Assembly: GCA_030295235.1 (NCBI GenBank)
Contig: AP026135.1
Coordinates: forward strand, 310,001 to 374,000
Source of the DNA: Fistulifera solaris
Lineage: Eukaryota
Length of the DNA: 64,000 nucleotides
Direction of reading: 5' to 3'
Below are positions 24,601 through 37,435 of this stretch, in pieces. Both the position numbers and the translations under genes were made by a program. Each line of letters starts with the position of its first letter. Position 1 is the first letter of the stretch. The notes under the pieces are model-generated. The model worked only from the letters and a program-made list of their open reading frames with translations, ran no database searches and had not been told where the DNA came from.

Positions 24601-25660
24601 CTAACTTGCTTTTTTGCGCAGGAATCCAGCCTGGGATTCTCAGGCCCAGGTAGGTTGACGGGTCACGTGTCATATCATTTGAACTTTGCTTGTTCATGGA
24701 AGCTAAATTTTGTTTTTTCTTTTGTCCAGGACAGAGCATACAGGATCGGGCAACTGAAGAATGTAAAAGTATTTCGTTTAATAACCAGAGGTACAATCGA
24801 GGAACTCAAATACCTCCGCCAGGTATACAAGCAGCAGCTCACGAACGCCACAATACCTGACGTTCAATCTGATCCAGGATCTGCGAGGTTGTTTGATGGC
24901 GTGGCAAAGGACAAATTTCGACGCGGCGAGCTGTTTGGCATAGCAAATCTATTAAAGTTTGAGGAGCGCACTTTCATGAATTATGCCACAAAAATCGACA
25001 ACAAAGAGGCGAAGAAATACGAGAAACTCAAAAACGAGATCCGCAGTCTTGAAGATGTTCAAAATACACTAATGATTCGTAGTGAGGAAGCAGAGAGTCT
25101 TCTCCTGGAAGAAGAGAATATGTTTCCTAGCTTGGCGACGAAGAGAGGTACGACATTAGCTGGTTCAAAGCGATGGACTGTTATGTGGACTCATGAACCT
25201 TTTGGTAGCTTGTGCAGAAAACAATGCTGAGTCGGCAGACGAAAGCGATAATGAAGGTATCCTTGGCGGAGAAAGTCAGTTATTGCTAGACATCTCTAAC
25301 GAGATGGCAGAAGATGGTAGCGACGAATCTGTCACTCACGAAACAAATAGTACAAAAGAGACTGACGATGACTCTGTTTCTGTTGTCGATGATCCTATTG
25401 CGGAGACAAGAGGCGTTTCGAACACTAAACCGACGACCTCAAACGACCAAACAAGTCCAAGGGACGATGAGCCTAGCGGGTCGAACAACAGCAACAGAAA
25501 GAGAAAGGTGGCAACTACTAGCATCGATATGAGGTCTTCGGGGAACTATTCAATAGTTGGGCTCTCCGTTCGTAATATTGTACAAAATAGTTCTCGCACA
25601 AGCTTTGGCATGTCTGACTTTGCAGTACCAAACGGTCGAGGAGTTTCTACCCGCAAATGA
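21616..25660 (+). CDS. SNF2-family ATPase, ERCC6L2/Rad26-like
   Basis: LGDDMGLGKT, VDEFH, GLTGTLMQN, SGKM, RMDGST, LLSTKAMGLGLNLT, WNPAWDSQAQDRAYRIGQ, TIEE; Cys-rich insert PCECG..CC..CEKCPYC; several introns including a 28-nt exon. Confidence 0.9.
21781..21825 (+). repeat. 18-bp coding tandem repeat (PKHDNS x2.5)
   Basis: ccgaaacacgataattca ccgaagcacgataattca ccgaaacac. Confidence 0.85.
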
Positions 25661-25973
25661 AGCGCTGTTTAGAGTGTAATCGAAGGTTTTCAATTTCCTA
25701 CACAGTCGTGCGTCACACCAACCAAGCACAAATTTTCAAATGAGCTAGAGTTACTCTTTTTAACTCCGTTTCAAGTAGTAAAGCGTCTAGCTAGGGGATG
25801 ATTAAGAATACACGCAACTTCAAATGAAAGGTACCTAGCCTAGGCCCATGGAAGTGCGCCTTTTTGGGTAGAAGTCTAGAATTGACACCCGCATCGACAG
25901 TGACATAGTTAAATTTTCTAGTATAGCTTACATGATTCTTACAAGAACAAGTCTTGGAGGATTACGGAGCAAA

Positions 25974-26432
25974 CTACACAGAATCATCGGTCCCCATTCC
26001 AGATCGTCCCGTTTTCTCGGGCTTGTCGCCTCTGACAGCGTCCCGATACTTTCCCAGATACACCCTCAATGGTTCCACGTATTTGTCGAAACCCAAGGTC
26101 GACATGGCCCAGAGCAGGTCATCGCCATTGATCGTCTTTCGTTTCTCCTGTAAGCACTTATCACTGGCTTCTGACGTGATGAACGATATAAATTCCGAAA
26201 CACATTCCTGTACCGTCTCCTTCGAATCTTTCGCAATCTTCGCATTCTCCGGGAGCGTGTTTTTCATAATCCGCGCGATATTGGCAATAGGTAAATAGCG
26301 ATCCTATTCACGGACTGAGATACAAAAGTCAAGAAAAGGAGAACATCGAACGCAAGCACTCACCTGTTCTCGAATCTCCTCGAACTCATCGCCAAGATGG
26401 CCGCGTCCTGTATCCATGTCACTCGCTGACAT
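25974..26432 (-). CDS. NFYB: Nuclear transcription factor Y subunit B (HAP3)
   Basis: [17 protein letters not shown]...[35 protein letters not shown]; intron 26304-26363. Confidence 0.96.
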
Positions 26433-26873
26433 TCTGTCGATGGCTTTTTGGCTTTTTAAAAATTAATCCTATTATTCTAGAGAGGTCTAGAGAGGTAATA
26501 AATACCTATTCTTCTCCAATTGGTTAACGTCGGGTTGATGTTTTCGAACAAAGACGACATTTGACAGCAGCGTGTGCAGATTTCTTTCTTAGTTAAACGA
26601 AAAAAAGCGGACGACGGAGCGATTGGATGCAGATCTTGCGGTCTGTCAAACGTCAAACGCAACAACGGGTCTGTTGACGTACAGGTACCAAAAGGCGTTA
26701 AATACAGATTTTCTTTTGCTACAGTATTGATATATCTTCTCTTGTTGCCGCCAACGCCATCCGATACACTAAGGTTCATGTATTTTCAAGCAATCCCTTT
26801 TAATCATAACTCCTCATCGCGAAACAAGCATCAGCATATCCAAAGAGGCATCAAAATTCTTATTCCAGGACCC

Positions 26874-29068
26874 ATGACATCTCCTCTTCTTGACCCCCGA
26901 AGCTGAAATAACCGCTTTAGGTGAGAGCAATGACGAGGTGAATAATATTGGCCCATCCGAAAGGAAAAATAACGAAAATTCGAGTGGTTTAGAGGCCACA
27001 GAGAGGAGATCGGGGAGAAAACGAAAAACAAACAATGCAGATCCTGATCCAAAACCAAAGAAACAACCAAAGAAAGAAAAAAGGAGGGGAGGAAGATCTA
27101 AATATGACGTGGATCTGCGCGGAATGCCGAGAAGCCGAGTGCCTCATGCGTCCCGAAGCAGATGAACTACTCGTATGTGAAGGCTCTTGTGTACGCGTGT
27201 TTCATTATCCCTGCGCTGGACTGCTGAAAATGCCCGCGAAGGACGAAACTTATGTGTGTAGAGACTGCACGGAAAAGAGACACGCTTGTTCCATTTGCAA
27301 AGAGTACGGAGTAGATGATGATGATGTTTACAAGTGCTCCAAGCCAAAGTGTGGACTCTTTTCCACGAGTCTTGCCTGAGTATGCACAATGTGGACGTTA
27401 GCTACATTCCAGTAGCCTCGGCTTTCGCGAGCGCGTCGCCTATATCGACTCTCGAAGCCCCGTCCGATCGATCGAAACCGATTTTTACATGCCCTGCCCA
27501 CAACTGTTGGACTTGTACACAATTAGAATTAAAAAAGGAGGAAGAAGATGAAGCAAAAGAAGCTGCTTTACAGAAAGGTGGTAAAACGAAAGGAAAGAAA
27601 AAGAGCAAAGCTCTGCCTGGCTTCTTCTGCAGCAAGAAAGAATCAACGCTCGTTGTGAGTAACATTTGTTCTTCGAGTGGTATTTCTTCTTCTCTTAGGA
27701 CTCACTCTGTTCGTTCACAAACAGCGCTGTCTCGAGTGTCCAATATCATACCACATCAGTTGTATCCCGCTATCGGCAAAGTTTCACGAGCTCGCCACTC
27801 TTTGCCACGAGCACTCTGCACATGCAAAGCTTCCAGAATTGGATTTGGAGAATAGTTTTCAGCAACAGGTTGAAAGCAAGGCAGACAAATATTTGGCACA
27901 AAGTAATGCAATCACAGCAAGTAGGAAGTTGCGGAGTAAGAACAACAATAATCCATGTTTTCCTTTCTCTGGGGAAGATTTATCGAAAGATGAAGAGAAG
28001 ATCTCACATATACTCACACCCGAAACGGACATATCGGGAGTGGACGCTGCTTGTTTGTTCTCGACATTTTGTTTGCCGTGTACAATGCGCGATGAGGTAC
28101 ATTCGAAGCCTCCCCAGTACAAACATGTCCAGTCCCTGCAATACGATCCGAGAAACAAACCACCTCGAATAGCCGACTCAGGTGGCCAGTGCGATTGCTC
28201 CGATAGTTGCGGTGAAAGATGCTACAACCGTTTGGTTTTTACGGAGTGTTTTGGTGACAGCAACAAGAACTCAAAGAGTAATTGTCCGGTAGGAGCCAAC
28301 TGCGGTAACCGTTCGATATCCCAGCGGAAGTTTGTTAAATGTAAACCGCAACGAGAGCAGGGAAAGGGATGGGGTCTTGTGACTCTCGAAAAAATCCGTC
28401 AGGGACAGCTTGTGATCGAGTACGTTGGCGAGGTAATCAGTAAGACCATGAAAGAAAAACGACTTCAAGAATGGGCAATGGAGCACCCGAATGATCCCAA
28501 TTTTTACATTATGGCGTTAAGTCCGGGGTGGTTCATAGACGCTCGAGAAACAGCGAATCTTTCTCGGTTTATCAATCATTCTTGCGATCCCAATTGCATC
28601 ATTCATCCTATCAACGTTGGCGGACAAATGCGGAACGCTATTGTAGCGCTCCGAGAAATCGCACGCGGTGAGTTTCTTAGCTACGATTATCATTTCGACA
28701 CGCAGCAAGGAGATCGATTTGTATGTCGATGCGGAGCCAAGCATTGCCGAGGAACGATGAAGCAAACCGGGGGCAAGGGCGGGAATGGAAAGGAGGTTTT
28801 GAAGAGCGCCAGTGATATATGGGAGGATGCAAAAATTCAATTTGAGAAAGACAAGAAGTTTTTAGAAGACTTTGCTTTTGAAGAAGAAACAAGAAGATTT
28901 GCGGTACGAGAAGTAGTTCCGGGTAGTGAAGGCAAAGACGAGCTCATTGCGAACGGACCGCAGCCGCGTAACCGCAACTCTGTGATTCGCAATGGAATTT
29001 TCCTTTGGCGAAATGCCGTACAAGGATCCCGTTTTGATCAAAGAATCGCTCGGCTTTCACTAAAGTGA
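26874..29068 (+). CDS. PHD-finger + AWS/SET/post-SET histone methyltransferase (NSD/ASHR3-like, probable H3K36)
   Basis: Multiple PHD-like Cys/His clusters, GKGWGL, EYVGEVI, RFINHSCDPNC, LSYDYHF, CRCGAKHCRG; intron ~27655-27725; several 1-nt shifts in the 5' part. Confidence 0.9.
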
Positions 29069-29160
29069 TGGCTCTCACAATAAATAATTTTAGTCACTAG
29101 AGAAAATTAAACGTGTACTTGATCGTAGCCACAAACAATCATACCCTGATGGGCTGAGAA

Positions 29161-30165
29161 TCAGTCCGAATCGGAATCCAAGCCCAATGCGGCGAATCGA
29201 TTGATAACAGCTGCTGGTTTCTGCGGTTTCTCGACGACTTTCTCGGGACGCGGAACAGGGGCAGTTGTCTTCGTGTCCTCCTTGCCTTTCTTATCCGCAC
29301 CAGTTTGCGCTTCTCGTCTACCTCGTCCAGCCCCGTCATCGCGCCCACTATCCTCGCGACCATTCCGACGACCGTTTGCTCGACCACCGCGACCGCCCGA
29401 ATTATTTTGTTTAATTTCCGCATCACGTCGTGATTGCCAAGTTCCTTCCTCACGTGGTCGTCCACCACCGAAAAGGTTTCCCCTATCCAACCCAGCCGTT
29501 TCTTCGAGTGGCTTCGTTCGGGGCTGTAACTTGAGAGCGGAGCGCTGGCGCGGTGGCTCATCGTCTTTTTCTTGCTTTTGGGGCTGTCGGCGGCCCTTGT
29601 CGTTGTTCGCGTACCGTCCACCACGGAATTTTGAGCCGTCCACCTGTGATTCGTTTCGGTGCGGACGTCCACCGGACAAATTTGCTGTATCGACTTGTAT
29701 GTTTCTTCCGGCAATTTTTCCTCCACCTAGACCTTCGACAACGGCTTTGAGCTGCTCCAACGTTTCCAAATCGACGTATCCGAAACCGCGATGAGGTTTT
29801 TGACTGCCTGCTTCATTGTTGTTGCGATGATTGCGGTAATTATTTACGCGAGAAAGACGAGGATTAGTAACCTTCACCTCCATGTTCAGCATTTCCTTGG
29901 CCAGCTTGGTGACTTCCTCCGCTAGCTTCCCCGGTTCATCCACGCTGTAGGCTAGGTTTCCAATGTATGCCGTGAAAGGAGCAGCTTCCGGCCATTCAAA
30001 TGTTTTCGGAGGCTTGGGAGCGGCGTCCTTGGGGTTTTGGTCGTGTTGCACAAATTCCGCATCCATTTGCCCTAGAGCTTCGTCCTCGGCGACTGTTGAA
30101 ACGTCGTCAGGTCCATCCATGTGGTCTTCATCGTCGGACGAGCAGTGATCTGCCCAGTTCTTCAT
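29161..30165 (-). CDS. eIF4B-like RRM protein
   Basis: WADH N-terminus, PFTAYIGNL, RGFGYVD, LKLQPRTKP, NLFGGGRPRE, NRFAAL. Confidence 0.85.
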   Translation of the reverse strand: MKNWADHCSSDDEDHMDGPDDVSTVAEDEALGQMDAEFVQHDQNPKDAAPKPPKTFEWPEAAPFTAYIGNLAYSVDEPGKLAEEVTKLAKEMLNMEVKVTNPRLSRVNNYRNHRNNNEAGSQKPHRGFGYVDLETLEQLKAVVEGLGGGKIAGRNIQVDTANLSGGRPHRNESQVDGSKFRGGRYANNDKGRRQPQKQEKDDEPPRQRSALKLQPRTKPLEETAGLDRGNLFGGGRPREEGTWQSRRDAEIKQNNSGGRGGRANGRRNGREDSGRDDGAGRGRREAQTGADKKGKEDTKTTAPVPRPEKVVEKPQKPAAVINRFAALGLDSDSD

Positions 30166-30803
30166 AATTTGAGAAAATTGGGAGTGTGATACCTTTAAAT
30201 TGAAAGTTTAATACCTTAAAAAGCAAGCAGAATGTAGACTATCAATTCTTTCTGATGTGAATATTCCCCTTTTCAATCAAAGCTTGGGATATGTGTTTTG
30301 ATTTTTGATGCAGTTGCAGCAGCGAGGCGAGAGAAGCGAGAGACGCTGCACGGTGATCGGGGACGATGAAGGGATGGCAGGGAAAGGCACACGAGAAAAA
30401 TGAGCGTGTCCGTCACCATCGACGGACGCACTACTAGTAGCCTGCGATCTGCGATCATCGTATCGTATGTACGGCGTCCGTCAATCAGAAGCGCCATTGC
30501 TGACGATGACAGACGGCTTGCGACTTACGGACGGAGAGGTCCTTGCGTCTTTCGACTTTTTCGACTCCTCACAACTTGCTCACAACTAACTCTTGACTGA
30601 GTTGAAATTAGTGACTGCACCGATATGAGCTAGTCACACCCGTATTGTTCACACAATCCGTTTTCACATCCTGACATCGTCACACCCGTTTTTCAACAGT
30701 TTTACACAACAGATTGTTTAAAAATGATGGCTTTAGTATTTAAATAACACGGTGGTTTCTGGTAGACTGAGTTGCGGGCATCAGAAAAGTAAGGGATCCC
30801 ACC

Positions 30804-32198
30804 ATGCCGCGTATTGCTATGGTCTGTGACTTCTTTTATCCTCGTATCGGTGGTGTCGAAAATCACATCTACAGTTTATCGCTAAATTTGATTCGGCTTG
30901 GTCATAAAGTTATCATTATTACCCATGCGTACGGTAATCGTAAGGGCGTACGCTATCTGCCAGGTCCCTTGAAAGTATATTACTGCCCAATACTCCCCAT
31001 GACGGACCAGGATGCCATGCCCACATTTATCGCGACGTTTCCTCTACTGCGACACATTTTTATCCGCGAACGCATCGATATTGTTCACGCACATCAAGCA
31101 ACTAGCACAATGGCAAACGAAAGCATTGTTTATGCAGCAGCATTACGAATTGCTAGTGTCTACACCGATCACTCTTTATTTGGATTTGATGATTTGGCTT
31201 CCACCATATTGAATCGAGTGTTACAAACAACGCTCTCGACGGTAGATGCCGCGATCGGCGTTTCTCATGTCTGCCACGACAATTTGATTCTACGTGCTCG
31301 ACTAGACCCGAATCGTGTTTTCGTCATTCCCAACGCCGTCGATCCCTCCAAATTCTCACCCGATCCTTCCCAACGGCGACGTGACCGGTACGTTTAACGT
31401 GACAGTGCTTATCAATAAAACGGTATCTTTTCGCTGCTCACACTTACCATAAACCTTCTATATACAAAGAGTTACTATAGTCGTTATCTCGAGACTGGTG
31501 TATCGAAAAGGCATCGATTTGCTGGTAGGGATCATTCCCAAGGTGTGTAGCGAGTTGAAACATGTTCATTTTCTGGTGGGCGGTGACGGTCCCAAATTGC
31601 TTGATTTACAAGAAATGGTGGAACGCGATCGTCTTCAGGACCGAGTAGAGTTTTTGGGATCCGTCCCGCACGCAAATGTTCGCAATGTCTTGGTGCGGGG
31701 AGACATCTTTTGAACTGCTCCTTGACGGAATCCTTTTGTATCGCTATTTTAGAGGCCGCTTGCTGCGGTTTACTGGTGGTCTCCACCAATGTGGGAGGAG
31801 TCCCAGAAGTTTTACCGGACGATATGATCATGTTGTCGGATCCAACAGTAGAAAGCATGGTGACTTGTGTTCGAGAGGCGGTACAAGCGGATCGGACCGA
31901 TGCCGTGGCACACATTCAACATCAAAGAATACGGGACGTTTATACCTGGGAACGAGTGGCCGAAGAAACAATTTTGGTCTATAAGAAGGTTCTTTGCCAA
32001 CACCGACGAGGATTTTTGGAACGCATGAGCTGTTACCAGTCACTGAATGGTATTACTGGCTTTGTTGTATGTTGTCTTGCGTTAATCGTCGAAATATGGG
32101 TTCGAATCGTCGAATGGTGGCAGCCTATTCACCAAATCGACAGGGTCCCTGATTTAAGTACACGAGTACAAAGCAATGGAGTTCAGCATTTGAATTAA
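30804..32198 (+). CDS. PIGA: GPI GlcNAc-transferase catalytic subunit PIG-A/GPI3
   Basis: MVCDFFYPRIGGVENHIY, YTDHSLFGF, SRLVYRKG, NCSLTESFCIAILEAA; intron 31388-31469; shift at T-run ~31710. Confidence 0.96.
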
Positions 32199-32253
32199 AT
32201 ATGGTAAAAAATGATGTTTGCTACCATTTAAAATCCTTAGTTCATTTGGTGTT

Positions 32254-33050
32254 TTATTCATAAACCCAAGCATCGATGGTCTTGGCCCAGTCGTTGACAC
32301 CTTCGGGGAACCACATTTTGAGTTCATGTTCCGCACCTTCGGGCGAATCACTACCGTGACAAATGTTACGACCCAGATCGATGGAGTAGTCTCCGCGAAT
32401 GCTACCAGGCTTGGATGCCAATGGTTGGGTCTCTCCAAGCATTTGACGACCTTGTCGGATCACGTCCAAACCTTCCCAGCACATGCAGACAATTGGACCC
32501 GAACTGAAAAATTCGACGAGGCCGGGGAAAAAAGGCTTCTTGGACAAGTCCTTGTAGTGAGTCTCGGCCATCTCTTTAGTGGGCCAGACCATTTTTAAGC
32601 CGACGAGTTTGTATCCTTTTTATGATGTGAGTGTGGGCGTGAAGGTTTATGAAACTTCTACCTTAAAAAACTTACCGCGAGTCTCGAAGCGAGCAATAAT
32701 GGCTCCGACCAATCCTCGTTGCACAGCATCCGGTTTGCAGGCAATGAATGTTCTTTCTTGGTTGGTGCCGGGCACTCCGTAAACAGGAATCGTCTCGGCA
32801 CAGTTTGTAAAAGCGAGCCCGATAGTAGAGGTTGCTACTACTAAACCAGTAGCCATCGTCAATGAAACTTTGGGCACCGCCAAGCGAGCTGTAACCGTCT
32901 GATTTGATGAGATGTGTGTGAGGCGGACTTTCGTTTGAAATGACCAGGTGAAATCCGACCAAGAGAGTCACGTACCGACACGGATCGGATGGAGTTGGGA
33001 GTGATTCTGGAACGAGCCGTGGATAGTCGGGAAGCAGCGCGGGAAAACAT
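32254..33050 (-). CDS. Nucleoside diphosphate kinase, mitochondrial-type presequence
   Basis: [15 protein letters not shown] transit peptide, [24 protein letters not shown] catalytic His; two introns. Confidence 0.95.
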
Positions 33051-33427
33051 GTTAAATGGTTCAATTAAGTCGAGGGAATAGATAATAGATAGATTCGAGG
33101 TCTCACAACAGCGAAATAATGAAATGATCGCCAATTTTCGTTTTGGTTCAAAAGATCGGAAGTGATGGAAGGCGGAAAATCGTCATCAATTTACGTCATC
33201 AATGGGTCAGTCCTCGGCCTGTTTATGACTGTGACCATATCGTACTTTCAATATACCAGTACGACGTGCAGATGTACGTAATATAAGCGAGCGTCCGTCG
33301 TCCGCAGCATAAGCTTTATCTCTAAGTTTGGCGGCTGAAGCGATCTACTAACATGAAACGTTTTACGAGTATTTATTCGTTGCATATCCCGAAGTATTTC
33401 CTGTTGTTAAATACAACGATTTAACAA

Positions 33428-36068
33428 ATGGCTGTTTCTAAAGACGATCAACTAAAGGATTTACTCAATTCGGATCAGTTTTCGATCGCGGCTTACCTGA
33501 ATCTCGCGTTATATGACGAGGATGACCAACAGCAGCGCATGGCCGAATTAGCGTTACAGCTGCAAATGCAGACGCAGTCGTGCCATGAAGAAATTGGCAA
33601 AATAGGAGCGGAGCTGCAAGCTATTCTTCCTCGATGCTCAGCTGATATAGGCAGAGTGGGAGTCGGTTTAGAAGGATTGCGGATCGACGCTGCTTCGTTA
33701 TTAGAAAGTACCACAATGGAAACATCCGAAGGCGTTTCGTCATCTCTCGAAACTCTAGGCATTCTGCACGCTCTTGAGGCAAATTTGCAGAGAAGCAAAG
33801 AAATCTTGACGGCTGCAGCTACGTGGGATGCTACTTTGTCGTCTATTGCGCCACTATTAGCGCAGCAAAACATCTCCGAAGCTGTCAATGCGTTAGCGCA
33901 ACTGGAGAATGGCGAGCGGGCCCTGCGTGGAATGCCAAATCCAGAAGAACGCGAAGAAGCAATTGCCAAAGTAAGACAGCAAGTTTCAACAATGTTACAG
34001 CCCCAATTGAAGCACGCCTTGGCAAATATGAGTACCCGCTTGGCTCCCTTGCAACAGTGTGTTACTCTTTACTCCAAACTAAATAAAATGGATGCACTGA
34101 AAGAAGAATACATTAAGAACCGCCCTTCGGGTCTCCATAAGTCGTGGTTTGACTTTAAGATGGCGTACGATGAGCAAGATACCGATAAAGTAGCCTCTGA
34201 GTTTACGACTTGGCTTCCTGCTTGGTATGAGAATGTGCTTTCATTTATGTCTGAGGAGAGACGACAAAGCACGACCATTTTCGGGACCGCTTTGGTACCG
34301 GGGACTCTTGTGAAAGTACTTTGGGAATGCTTCCGTCCACTCTTAAGCTCATTTCAGAGTCGCTTAGAGAATATCTATTCTTCTGATCCAGCAAGGCCCA
34401 ACAAAGGTTCCTTTGACTCAATTTGCACTCTGTACGAGTCCACACTACAATTTCTATCCCTTGTCTACGAGTCAGTTGCAAATTGCTGGATAGACATTAC
34501 GGAATCCGGAGTTGTTCCGGAGGATGATGCCTTAAACCTTTATCGCGACCTTTCACACATCTTCATCCAAGTTCTGGCGCCGTTTTCAGCGTACCAGAAG
34601 AATCTTTCAATTTTGGAAGCACAATACATGGCCGGACATACTGAACCTGTTGCGAAACAGATTCAACAAGCTGTGATGACGGTGTCTTCATCGGACTTTG
34701 AATCGTTACAGCATGCGACCTACAACTTGCAAAACATGGCCCATTTCATCTTTCCGCTGGCGGAAGGATCGTTAGGACGATTTGAGTTACTGAATGCGGG
34801 TTACGGACCGACGAAGGCATTGTCTACAATTGATCATGTACTTAGTATCCACGCGGATGAATTGACTATGGCTGTAAAGTCACTCTCAGCTGCTATGGCC
34901 GCCGACGAAAAGCAGCTAGTCACATCGTTTGACGATTCCCATGTTTTGTGCACTCTGGGCGTTTTGAAAGTAGCGGGTACATTCCGAAGAAATTTGAAGG
35001 CTTTGGAAAGAAGACGTGCGATCGGTTGCGACTACTGAGAGAGCGCATCGAAACGCATGGCTCACGCGTAAAGGGTATCGAAGATACAGCGGGATCTTTG
35101 TCGAGCAAAAAAGCTTTCACTTTGCCTGATTCGCTGTCTCTCGTTGAAATTGACTCAATTGTGACGAAAGCTGTGTGCGGCAAAATTGAAGGTTTAACGA
35201 CTGCCGCAACTGCTCTACAAAGACTCATCGATGCGGAAGATAACGCAGGACGACTTTTCGTTGAAGCAGATGAGGCAACTCAAAGATTGATGAAAAGCTG
35301 CCAGCTCTTTATTCACGATGTGTGCTCCTCTATCCCGAGACAATATATTGTTGAAATGTCGTCCATGTCAAGTTGGCGCGAAGGATCGGAAAGCGCCACC
35401 GATACTTCGTACGGCATTCTCCCGCAACCGTACATCAACCACATCGGGGAACATTTGCTGGCGTTGGTGCAAGCTTTAGAGCCGTTTACATCCGACAGGG
35501 AAGCACTGTCACTGGCTAACGATGCCATGCTAGGCTTGCGGGATATTGCTCTGGAACCATGGCGGGACTTCGTTCTCGGCGCTGGGTATTCGGTGGAATC
35601 ATCGACGTCATCCTGGTCTCCCGGTAGTAACGTAATCGAAGAAATTATGGAAGGAACCTGTTTCATTGGACTGACACTGGGTGGCTCCCCGATTGACGAC
35701 GACGTGGAAGCGGGAAGTGACGACCTGACTAGCGAAGAAGCTCTCAAAACAGCATTTTGTGACTCCTGGCTTGACGTGGTAGGACTTTCAGTTACAGGCC
35801 GCTTATTGGACCGTATCGTGCACATCCCATCCTTGTCCTCAAAAGGTTGTGATCACCTCAGCGCAGACCTTAATTATTTGGTGAATGTTTTCTCGGCTCT
35901 CGGGATCACGGGACACCCGCATCCTCTGTTGGGTCATATATCTGTAGTGGCCGCACTGGATGGCACCTCACTAAGTGAACAGATCCAGGCGAGAGATCGC
36001 TCTGATGCAGTGGGGGTTTCTTATATGTATTAGAGATGCATGTAGCTAAGCTGAGAGGAATATTTTAA
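33428..36068 (+). CDS. COG7: Conserved oligomeric Golgi complex subunit 7-like
   Basis: F..AAYLN N-terminus, PQPYINHIGEHLLAL, HLSADLNYLVNVFSALG, C-terminal VAKLRG; shifts ~35008 and ~36015. Confidence 0.8.
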
Positions 36069-36115
36069 ATCAAAAAGCTTTCTTTACAACATGTGCTCTT
36101 TCCTCTACTTATTCT

Positions 36116-37277
36116 TCACAGATCTCTCCAGGAAAGCCTTGAAGCGATTAACATCGTCATCTGTAAATCGTCCTCAATTGCACGACAGTAAGCTTCAAAA
36201 CTGCTTTTCACAGCGTGGCAAAATGTGTAACCCTCATCTTCACCGTCGCTCAAATCTGGAAAATCACAACTCGAATACGCCATATCGGGCTCGGGCTGCT
36301 TCGTGAGCCGACCTGGTTTTATGGTCTTCTCTGACTCGAACCTGGTATGATACCGGTGCGTGGCACATCCCATATCTAACTGCACGTAATGGCCTGCATC
36401 ATCCCATTTGACAATAAATCTATAATAGCAAAGATGTTCTCTATCAGAAGGCTTCGTTGTCTGTCTTTTGCGTTTCGGATTTTCCATGGAAATGCGTTCG
36501 GCTTCTTCAACATTGAAAGATTCCCCCTTTTCCGTTATTGCTTCCGCTGCAAATAATATCTTGACCACTCTGGAATGCAGTCGTTTGCATATCTTTTCGT
36601 AAAATTTCAAAGATGGATTGATTGTGACCCGAAAGCTTTTTTGTCTGCTTGGCCGATAGGGGGTGGGTATAATTTGGGGTCAAAGTAAAGCTTTCATGAA
36701 CGAGTGTTTATAATAATACTCCCAGTGAACGAATTTATATCCGGCACCACTTAGAACTCTGGATATAGTGGTTGATCGTCGGTTATTCTTCTTGGACAAC
36801 AAAAAGGCAACGGGGCCGTCCAGCATGGATCATCGCCGGATGTGGCTTGAATAGAAAATTCAGCGATGTTCTCGTCTATTGTTGTGTTCATCTCAATGCT
36901 TTCCTCTGAGTGCATACAGGTCGGTGCCACAAGAGCAACAAGGAAAGACTTTATTATTTGATCCGTGTAATTTATCAGAAAGTATTTGTGATGAGGCATC
37001 AAAAGGGGACGCGCTTCTGTTGTCTGTTGCCGTCATTTTTCCAGCCCCACCTTTATTTCATTCCCGTTTCCCGTGCGTTCTTATGTGCGGTACGGTACGT
37101 CTAACCGTCTTTCGTCGTCCTTCACTACAGCTACCCTTCACCTTTAAACGGGTGTTCCATCCTTCACGTGTAAGACGAACGTAAAGCGACCGTACTGCAA
37201 GGTGCGGGAAAAAGTGTACACTCACGTAGGCCCCCGTAGAGTAATGTACCAAGCAGTTGCGTTCCCGTGTCTCCCTG
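36116..37277 (-). mobile_element. Degraded DNA-transposon (Mutator-like) remnant
   Basis: Stop-interrupted frames 37002->36116 with C.YRFIVKWD..G.YV...GC..H.YH (FAR1/WRKY-like Zn-finger pattern); outer end carries a repeat also present at 416-497. Confidence 0.4.
37187..37277 (-). repeat. Dispersed repeat, copy B
   Basis: ggagacacgggaacgca...cttggtacattactctacgggggcctacgtgagtgtacac...tcccgcaccttgcagt matches 416-497. Confidence 0.75.
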
Positions 37278-37435
37278 GTAACGACAGTTTTTTCATGACA
37301 ACAAGCAAAATCCGATGATGCTGATTCATTTCGCAACCAACGGCTTTATCAATAAAAGAGAAATATGAAACATTAAACAAGACGGGTAGAGTATCAGTGG
37401 AAGTAGCAAAGGCCAAAGGTCGACCAAAATAGAGG

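Noticed and set aside
21616..29068. Apparent chromatin gene cluster (SNF2, NF-YB, SET; also Med17 and NASP further on)
   Set aside because: No evidence of co-regulation; plausible by chance in a gene-dense genome
29139..29794. Long overlapping and antisense ORFs on the eIF4B-like gene
   Set aside because: Shadow frames of a GC-rich Arg/Gly-coding region with no recognisable motifs
30633..30710. Imperfect tcacacccgt repeats upstream of PIG-A
   Set aside because: Too short and irregular to call an array or binding site
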